A DNA stretch of 64,000 nt from Diplonema japonicum. Taxonomy: Eukaryota; Protista; Euglenozoa: Diplonemea. This document shows, piece by piece, positions 56,225-64,000 of this stretch. The translations under genes were made by a program, and so were the position numbers. The stretch is taken from assembly GCA_964019335.1 (NCBI GenBank), contig OZ025658.1:1-64000 (forward strand), in the 5' to 3' direction. Each line of letters begins with the position of its first letter. Position 1 is the stretch's first letter. The notes under the pieces were generated by a model, which was not told where the DNA came from, made no database searches, and saw only the letters and a program-made list of their open reading frames with translations.

Positions 56225-57396
56225 GGTAGTCCGATTAATAGCCACCCTTGTGAAGCTTCGCCCCGAAGCCTCCCAAGTCCAGTGCAGATTACTTGTATGA
56301 AAAGGAAAGGCGATGTTTAAGGGCAAATCCCACTCGAGGACCACCCTTAGGGGGGGGTGGGGGTCTATCTCTTGATGCTTCCTTTTTGGAGCCTCGCTTT
56401 CGTTCCGATGGCGGATACCAGTGTCTTTCGCAGACGGTTGATGCGGTCCTTCTTCAGGTTGGTCTTCAGCTCTCTTAGCCTGTCCTGGGTTTCTCGTGAG
56501 GCGAAGATCGGTCTCCTTGCAAAGCCTATCGCCGCCTTCCCTCCTATTGCCATGAGGGACTTCACTCTCGTTTTGTTCTTCGCCGGGAAAGGCCTTTTCC
56601 TTCCTTGTAATGCGCACCTGTCGTTCACCTTTTGGATCAGTTTCTTGATCCTTCGCGCCTTTTCATCCTGCGTCATTCCCAGCGATCTTCGTGTCGTCGC
56701 TTCGAAGTCTAGGGCTAACTCCACCGCCGTCACCTCCGACGTCGTGTCTTCTTTAACCCATCTTAGCTCCGACATCCATTTCAACAGCGACTCCGCGTAC
56801 ATCCGCAGTATCCCACTTGTCGTCCCGAGCTGTTCCAACGTCGGCGTCAAGTGCTTTACTCCTACCACTTTCCGTTCCCACGGCAGTTCTCCTCCAAAAT
56901 CCTCCACTTGGATCAGTTCTTCATCTCGTTTTGCTACTATCATCGCCAGGTACCTCTGCAACCTCTCCAGGTGTGCAAATCCGTGCCCCCTCGGCAAGAT
57001 CCCGTGCAGTTCCAGGCAGAGAGGCCAGCCCGACCTGTCGCGTAGCGGTTCCAACCCGTCCCTCGCCAGCTCTCCCAGCGCAAGTGGGCATTCGTACAGC
57101 TGGTGCCGTAGCAGCGTCACTGTGTTCTGGTGTACTGCTGTGCATATGTCGCATCTATAATTCTGAGGAAGCATTGTCTCTCCGGGTGGTCTCCCGTCCT
57201 CTCTTTTCAAGTCATCATTGTCCGGTTCCTCTTCCTCACTTGCCGGGTCGAGCGGAACGGTTTTCGGTCCCGCACTGGCGTGTGGGCTTATGTAGGGGAC
57301 TGCTCCTGCTATGATCCTCCTGATCTGGTAGGCTACCACCGGATCCCTCTCCTCCTTCCAAGGAAAAGAAAAAAAAGAGGGGCAGGCTTTATAAAG
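56225..57396 (-). mobile_element. 5'-truncated non-LTR retroelement, about 1.1 kb (subfamily A)
   Basis: Open frame without a credible start, containing RRIIAGA, CCHC knuckle CDIC-x12-H-x4-CP and W..ELRW..VTAVELALDFEATT; stop at 56365, about 140-nt 3' UTR with a hairpin, then a T-tract; candidate TSD TTTTTTC(T/C)CCTAC at 57397-57409 and 56212-56224. RT domain not present. Confidence 0.75.
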
Positions 57397-58401
57397 GTAG
57401 GAGAAAAAAAAAAGAGAAAGGGATGACATGGCGGGGGAGAAGAGTGGGGGGTTAAAAAATTGTGTCTCGCCCCCCCCCCCCCCCCCCCACTTAGAGTTGT
57501 GTAAATAAGAAAAGAGAAAAGAAAAAAAAAAGAGACATTTAAAAGAAAGGAAAAAGAAAGAAAATTCAAAAGAGGGAGGGAAAAAAAAAACTTTTTATGA
57601 TACAGGACAGCTGGAGTCAGATAAAAATTAAAAAAAAGAAAAGTAAGTGTACGGGCAAACATTATTTATTTGAAACAGAAAACTTTTTTTTCAGCAGGTT
57701 TTTTTTTTTGGGGGGCTGCTTTGAGTAGTCAGCGCGAAGTCTGATGGGGGGGGGGGGGGGGGTTTTCAGTACCACCGGGTGCTTGCGCTCACAGCTAGTT
57801 TTTTAATCTTGACAACAGGAATTGTTCTTTAAAAAAAAACTTAGACTTGGCGCGATAACTTCCTTAACTACCTACTCATTGCGCTGCCAAAACATCCTTT
57901 TTTTCTTTTCTTTTTCTTTTATACAGTCAAGAGAATTGTTTTGTGTGTGTGTGTGTGTGTTTTTCCCCCTTTCTTTTTTCGAAATAGAAAAAAGAGACGG
58001 GTATTTGTTGTCGCAAAGTCGGTTTTAGCCTGTGCAGAAAGGTTAAGCCGAACAAAGCTGCCTCGACTCTTTTTTAGCAATTCATTTACAATTTACTGTT
58101 TTTTTTTTTCCTTGCAAAAAAAAGAAAAAGAGAGGCAAAAGTGTGTGTATTTTTAATATGGGTTTCTTGGGGGACCCCCCCCCCCCCCCCCCCCCCCCCC
58201 CTCCCGAAGGCGAATAAAATTGTGTTGGAATCTCACTAATAAACAAGAAAGAGCAGGCAAGTATTTTTAGTTTTGTTCTGCGCAATATTCTTCTACTAAA
58301 CCGGCTCCAACACCATTGTTGCACTGAAAGGGTCATGCAGCTCTTCTGAGAGGTCAAAAAAAGAAAAGGAGGTGAAATTATGAGGCAAAAAAAAAAAAAA
58401 A

Positions 58402-58696
58402 TATATGAGTTAAAGGAAGTCTTTGTGAGACGCCCCCTTGTTCTCATGCTCTACCTGCACCTATCCCCCTTCAGCAGCGGTTTCTCCTTCTTCGGTGGTC
58501 GTGCCGGCCTCCTCCCCAGCTTGGCTACTTTTTCCCTTCTTTCCTTTGCCCATTGCTTCCCCAGCTCCTCCAGGTCGTACTTGGTCTTCGTTGATGCAAA
58601 GATTGCTCTTCTACTCCACCCGATCGCCGCCTTCGTCCCTCCGATTGATCGCAGCGTATGTACTCTCTTGCATGGTTCAGCAGGGAAGGCCCTCCC
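58402..58696 (-). mobile_element. 5'-truncated non-LTR retroelement 3' fragment (subfamily C)
   Basis: RAFPAEPCKRVHTLRSIGGTKAAIGWSRRAIFASTKT aligns with RPFPAKNKTRVKSLMAIGG-KAAIGFARRPIFASRET; T-tracts on both sense flanks. Confidence 0.8.
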
Positions 58697-59232
58697 AAAA
58701 AAAGAAAAAAAAAAAAAAGAGAGTGATCTAGATAAGAACGAGTGAGTAGGTATCTCACAAATAAAACAAAAGAGAGAAAGGACAAGCAAAGCACAGCCGT
58801 CTAGAAGTTGAAAACTCCAAAACCATGCTTTTTTTTTCTTTTTTTTTTTCTTTTTTGCTGGACGACAAGCTGAGAGGAAGAGAGAGGAAGTATGACGGAG
58901 GGGGCTCCAAACATTGGGGCAAAAAAAAAAAAAAAAAAAAGGATACAGCTCCTGACACCAAAGTACATTTTCTTTTTCGAAGAAGGGAAAAAAAAAAAAA
59001 AAAAACACCTGATTAGTCGTAGGGTCGTAGGGTATAAACCATTTTTCTCAAGAATAAGCTTTTTTTCCCCCCCTTCCTTCTTTCTTTTTCTTTTCTCAAA
59101 AATACGTTTCTTTCTTTTCTCTTTGGGTCCAGAGCAGATTGTTTCTTCTTCTTTCTTTTCTTTCTTTTTTTTTTTTGCCCCCGATGAAAAAAGTTCTTTT
59201 TCCTTAATGGAGTCTCCCACGATGTTAATACT

Positions 59233-59250
59233 GGGGGGGGGGGGGGGGGG

Positions 59251-59290
<40 letters not shown>
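59233..59290. repeat. G-homopolymer fused to (GA)n microsatellite
   Basis: About 22 G followed by about 18 AG units; the same composite occurs at 11764-11810. Confidence 0.9.
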
Positions 59291-59294
<4 letters not shown>

Positions 59295-59336
59295 GACGGG
59301 AAGGGGTTTCAATGTTCAATGCAGTAGAGTTTTTCA

Positions 59337-60341
59337 TCAGTCCCCACCTCCCACATGATGCTCAATAAAATGCGTGATCCTCCCTATAGCGTAACGCGCC
59401 TCAGGGAAAAGCCCCGGAAAGCAAGGAAACACATGACACATATTCCTGGCAATCCACAACTTCGTGGCCACACCAGCCTTCTCCGCCTTCTTGGCAGCCC
59501 TCAACGAGTCATCCAGAAGGATCTCATGGCTACCCACAATGAAGTACAAAGGCGGCAACCCTTCAAAAGACCCGTACAGGCTGCTATAGGTAGGGTTGCT
59601 CTCGACACCGTTGCTGACAATGGACGCCACATAGTGCATCATCTCCGTGTTTAAGATACAATCCTTGTGCTCGTTGTCCCTGTAGAACTCTGTGGGGCTC
59701 ATAGTAACGTCTGTCCATGGTGACAGCAGAACAGCGGAAGAAGGGACCTTCCCACCATGCTTGACAATGGACTGAAGCACCAACAACACCATTCCACCAC
59801 CTGCAGAGTCGCCGGTGATTGATATGTTCTTTGGGTCCACACCATCGATGTCAACTATGTGGTTGTAGACCCTGAGGCAGTCGTACTTCCCAGCGGGCAT
59901 TTTGTGTTCTGGTGCTAGGCGGTAGTCGATAGAGACGACCGTGGCGTCGAGGCTGTCTGATAACTCGTTTAAGTATGGTGTGTAGCATTCGGGTTGGCCG
60001 GACATGAATCCGCCTCCATGGATGTGGATCACCATTCTTTTGTGTTTCTCGTGTCGTCGCACTAGCAGGCATCGTACGCCTGCGATGGTTACGGTTTCGC
60101 CGTTTTTCTTTGGGGTGAGGAGCGCGCGCATTCCCGTCATGAGCAGCCTTGTCGTCATGACGGTCACGATATAGATGTAGGCCGGTTTGTGCGTTCGGAG
60201 CAATCTGTCAAACTCCATGAACTCCTTGCTCGGAGCAGTGCCGTCATACCACGCTTTCTTATCCTTCACCAGCCTTCCCAGGCCCACGTTCAAAACACCG
60301 TAGGCTACCCTGAAGCAGTAGTTCCCGATCGTGAAGATCAT
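59337..60341 (-). CDS. Alpha/beta hydrolase, hormone-sensitive lipase (GDXG) family
   Basis: HGGGF, DYRLAPEH, GDSAGG, LSPWTD, EILLDDS, HVF. Confidence 0.94.
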   Translation of the reverse strand: MIFTIGNYCFRVAYGVLNVGLGRLVKDKKAWYDGTAPSKEFMEFDRLLRTHKPAYIYIVTVMTTRLLMTGMRALLTPKKNGETVTIAGVRCLLVRRHEKHKRMVIHIHGGGFMSGQPECYTPYLNELSDSLDATVVSIDYRLAPEHKMPAGKYDCLRVYNHIVDIDGVDPKNISITGDSAGGGMVLLVLQSIVKHGGKVPSSAVLLSPWTDVTMSPTEFYRDNEHKDCILNTEMMHYVASIVSNGVESNPTYSSLYGSFEGLPPLYFIVGSHEILLDDSLRAAKKAEKAGVATKLWIARNMCHVFPCFPGLFPEARYAIGRITHFIEHHVGGGD

Positions 60342-60732
60342 TTTTTTTCTTTCTGCTTCTTCAGATAGAGATGCTTAAAAAAGAAGATACTTCAACAGAT
60401 AATAATAAAATCAAAAGCACGAGGGGGGAGGGGGAAGGGTGGAGTGGATGGAATAAAGAAAGATGGTGGATGGGTGGTAGGTGTAGGTAGCCTTATCTAT
60501 CAATATTCCCCTCTTTTATCTTCACTGGAGTACCTGCCGTTCTTTTTTTTTTTTTTTTCTTTTCGCCTTCATTGCCCGTCGTTGCCTTTTTTTTTTCCTT
60601 TTTTTTTTCCCCATTCTCGCAGTCTTTCCTTGTAGAGAAAAGCTGTAAAAAAAAAAAAAAAAAAAAAAAGAGAAGAGAAAAAAGAAAAAAAAACACACCG
60701 CTCACACCCTCTTTTTTTCGCAAAACATTCAC

Positions 60733-60765
<33 letters not shown>

Positions 60766-61017
60766 CTAGAAGAAAAAATATATAAAAAGAATAGACGGAA
60801 AAAAAAAGGGGGGGGGGAACATTGGTCCCCAAAGAAAAGCACAATAAAACAACACACTTTTCTTTTTTTCTGTTTTTGTTTTTGTTTTTATATATTGTCA
60901 GTACTGTTAGTCGACTTTTCTCTTTCTTCCCCCCCTTCCAAATCCCCAAACACTCTTTTCTATCATACACGACCTTTCTTTTTTTTTTTTTTTTTTTTCT
61001 TTCTTGTTGTTTTTGTA

Positions 61018-62742
61018 TCACGCTTCCCCATCGTCCTCGTTCAGGGCGAGCGGGTTGGTGCCTTTCTTCGACCGGGCAACATTTCTGCGGTACGTGTTGC
61101 GCTCCCTCGAGAGAATCTCCCTCCCCTCCGACAGAATATCCGTGTCCTTTTTGAAATCGCTGAACGAAAAAACCTCCAGCCCGCAGACCCTGAGAACCTT
61201 CGGAATGAGATCTGTCACGACACCTAGACTCACAGCTATTATAATACACGGCAAGAATCTGTTAAAACTCTCCCCTAACAGCTTAATAGTGTTCATATCT
61301 TCAACAACTGCAGCGGTGTAAGCAATATGGTGATTTGAACCCGCAAGCCCGCACACGATTAGAAAACTGTAGCAAAGAGGGAGGATCAACCTGCAAAGGA
61401 AGGTAGCTGTAAAACACAGGTTCGCAACTGAAGAGTAAGACGGAACCAACAGATTAAACTCGAAAAGCTTGAACTTGAACAAGCCCCAGTAACAACACAC
61501 ACCGGCGTAAGGAAGCAAGATCAACAAACTCACAATCTGCAACATTCTTGACGCATTCCCCCCTCCGATCACTAGATACTCTACCACAGACAGCCTTCCC
61601 AACGGTGTGGCGACTCCAAAACTCCACAGCAAAATGACAGACAGCACCCCGCAAAAGATCGACAAAACACGCATTGCCGTTTTCCTGAAGTAAATATGGT
61701 AGTACTCCTTCAACGTCTCCGGGTGTTGATTATTCTTCTCCATTTTCGACATATCCTCAAGAGTTTCCACCTCATCCACTAAATGCTTCCATTGAAACTT
61801 CACTTGTTCCAACATGTTCTTCATGTAGATGGTTTTTGCGTGAAGCTTCACTAGGCCTTTCTGCGTGGTAGCATCGATACCAGCAAGATCGTCATCATCA
61901 ACATAAGAAGACCTCCTGTCGCGGGGTGAGGTGTCGGTGTTTGCAAGATCCATGAGGAGGTCAAGGTGGTGGAGGAGATTCGGGTCGTCATTCGACGCTT
62001 CTATTTTAACACGGTTTTCGTGGATGTAGGATTGAAGGTCTGCCCATCTTAGTTTAGTGGTTTCATGGTGTTCGTGGACAGCCGGAGCGGACCAAGTGCA
62101 GTATTCCAAGCTGTACTCCCTGCTGGAGTGGTACCACAGCGATCTCGGCAGCTGCGTCAAACCGTATCCTAGAAACAGAACGATCAGTATTAAACCGAAT
62201 GCGTTTGAGGCTGCGATCGCCAGCCCTATACAGTTCGCTGTTGTGAGGCCTTGCTTCGACACGAAGGCCACGTACAACAGCAGTAGTACCAAAACAGTAC
62301 CCATCCCTAGGTATAATTTCAGGTTTTCTTTAACCGCTCTACGGATTTTCGCTTTCGTGGTGAATTCCCCGGCTATGCTGTACTCTTGAAGGATGGGGAG
62401 GATAACCCATGACAGTGCCTGTGTGGACCAGAAAATGACTCTCCAAGTGATTAACAGCCCGTCACTGTGTATTGCGGGTTGGTGGTGTGAGGATGACGAT
62501 CCGGAGCTTGTTTCGTTGTTGGTGGAATCTGATAGGTGGCTTTCTCCGTATGCGATATCCACTACTAGTAGGCCGATGGGGACCATTGTTATGATGAAGG
62601 AGGAGAGCAGTACTGGCATTGACAGGGTGGGCCTGACTATTTTCCAGTTCTCCTTCGTGTAGTAGAAAAGTAGACAGGCCGACAGCACTGTCGTTCCGAG
62701 CACTGTGCCCATGATTCCTAGCCATAATAGGCTATCGGACAT
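61018..62742 (-). CDS. LMBR1-domain membrane protein (LMBRD2-like)
   Basis: WRVIFWSTQALSWVILPILQEYSIAGEFT, SNAFGL..LGYGLTQLPRSLW, LCRLILPLCYSFL. Confidence 0.9.
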   Translation of the reverse strand: MSDSLLWLGIMGTVLGTTVLSACLLFYYTKENWKIVRPTLSMPVLLSSFIITMVPIGLLVVDIAYGESHLSDSTNNETSSGSSSSHHQPAIHSDGLLITWRVIFWSTQALSWVILPILQEYSIAGEFTTKAKIRRAVKENLKLYLGMGTVLVLLLLYVAFVSKQGLTTANCIGLAIAASNAFGLILIVLFLGYGLTQLPRSLWYHSSREYSLEYCTWSAPAVHEHHETTKLRWADLQSYIHENRVKIEASNDDPNLLHHLDLLMDLANTDTSPRDRRSSYVDDDDLAGIDATTQKGLVKLHAKTIYMKNMLEQVKFQWKHLVDEVETLEDMSKMEKNNQHPETLKEYYHIYFRKTAMRVLSIFCGVLSVILLWSFGVATPLGRLSVVEYLVIGGGNASRMLQIVSLLILLPYAGVCCYWGLFKFKLFEFNLLVPSYSSVANLCFTATFLCRLILPLCYSFLIVCGLAGSNHHIAYTAAVVEDMNTIKLLGESFNRFLPCIIIAVSLGVVTDLIPKVLRVCGLEVFSFSDFKKDTDILSEGREILSRERNTYRRNVARSKKGTNPLALNEDDGEA

Positions 62743-63411
62743 TTCTTTTTCTCTTTTTTCTCTTTTTTTTGGTTTACCCCCTCCCCTCCCTCCCCCCACG
62801 CCTTGCCTCCTTCACCCCTCTCCCTACCTCCTTTTTTTAGTCTTAATTTTGTAAAATTGATTTTTGTCGGGGGGATTCTTAAAAAAAATGAAAAACGAGG
62901 TAAGGAATGGGGAGAAGGGGGCTGGATAATAAAAAAGAAAAAAAAAAGAAGAAGAAGAAAAAAAAGGAAAACAAAAAAAAAGAAGCTATTTTTCTTTTTT
63001 TTTCTTTTTAAAAAAATCTTTTAGAAACTTATCAAAACTTTTGATGACGAAAAAAAAAAGGAAAAAAAAAAAAAAGCAATGGGGTGGAGAGGGGAATAAG
63101 AATAAGAAGAAATCAGGAAAAAAGGGGGGGGTTAAGCAAAGGAATAATGACCAGATACAGCAAAAAAAAAAAAAAATAAAAAAAAAAAGAATGCAACAAA
63201 GGGGGTTTCAGATAAAACCAAACAATTTTGTCGAGAAACCGTGTTGTTGGTGGCGCGACCAGAGAAACTATTTTAGAACGAGATAAAAAAATCTAATTAT
63301 GGGGAAGGGGGGGGGGGGGGGGGGCGCTGTAGCGGCATACCCTTTTGAAAGAATGTCTCTTTTTCTTTTGTTCTCCTCTCATTACTTTTCTTTTCATCTC
63401 ATTTTTTTTAA

Positions 63412-63716
63412 CCACTAAACCCACCTGTCATAAACAAATCGCCGTGATCTTCAGGAGCTCGAAACACCGATAAGTACCAAAAACTCACCGATGGGCATCG
63501 GTGTTTTTATGCATTTTTGTGCATTTTAATATTTATTTCCACTTTTTTAACTTCTTTTGGCATTGGGTCAAAAATTATAAGGTCAAAAGCCAGCTCAGGG
63601 CCTGAATGTCTCCAGAGGTCACTTCTCCATAAAAAAAACACTTTGTATGGTGAAATGCTATCATCTTTTTTTTTTTTTTTTTTTTTTTTTGATTTTAGGA
63701 AATTGAGGCTTAGTGG
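63412..63716. mobile_element. piggyBac-like MITE, 305 bp
   Basis: TTAA on both flanks (63408-63411, 63717-63720); TIR CCACTAAACC versus CCACTAAGCC (9/10); internal inverted repeat AAACACCGAT...ATCGGTGTTT; no ORF. Confidence 0.65.
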
Positions 63717-64000
63717 TTAAAAAAAAAAGAAAAAAAAAAAAAAAAAAACTCTTTTCCTTCGCCTGGTTCGGTCTGCGAATAAGAAGAGGAAGGGGGGTGA
63801 AATTAACATCATCAAAATAATAATATGGGAGGTTTGAAAATACAATAAATCATCGTTCCTTTATTTTCTACTCTTTTTTTTCCCCCCTTAAGTTATCCTT
63901 TGAAACACTATTTAAACGACAGAAGGACGGGGGGGAAGGGGGAGCAACCACACTTTGGGAAGGCATGATCGTTTAATTTCTTTTTCTTTTTTTCTGTTTT

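Noticed and set aside
56365-57429. 354-aa ORF as an ordinary host gene
   Set aside because: Its N-terminus is pyrimidine-tract translation, it has a retroelement-type CCHC knuckle, and truncated homologues lie nearby.
1-64000. tRNA, rRNA, SL RNA genes or telomeric repeats
   Set aside because: None recognised by eye; scattered TAAGGG/TTAGGG hexamers are not tandem. tRNAscan/Infernal would be needed to exclude small RNAs.

Overview
Eukaryotic nuclear DNA, most consistent with a euglenozoan and probably a diplonemid (inference). About 32 host protein-coding genes lie on the minus strand from 4.0 to 62.7 kb, like a kinetoplastid polycistronic cluster. PGK and AMP deaminase end in PTS1 (-SKL), and the adenylate cyclase is kinetoplastid-type. 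Unlike trypanosomatid genes, these carry many very short GT-AG introns: I could place 33, 30-72 nt long, median about 45, 21 with a GTATG donor and 8 ending in an A-tract instead of a polypyrimidine tract. Intergenic DNA is dominated by long A/T and G/C homopolymers, which explain most short ORF-track entries. Mobile DNA: (i) a complete 2,565-bp pogo-type DD35D transposon (28996-31560) antisense to the cluster, with TA TSD, identical 61-bp subterminal blocks and host-style introns; (ii) a 984-bp piggyBac-like deletion derivative (1824-2807) and a 305-bp TTAA MITE (63412-63716); (iii) 5'-truncated fragments of at least three divergent subfamilies of one non-LTR retroelement clade. The retroelement fragments are co-oriented with the genes, end in T-tracts rather than poly(A), and sit inside T-rich runs. 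This T-tract retroelement family and the micro-intron architecture are the best candidates for an undescribed system. All gene and family calls come from motif recognition by eye; no database search was run.
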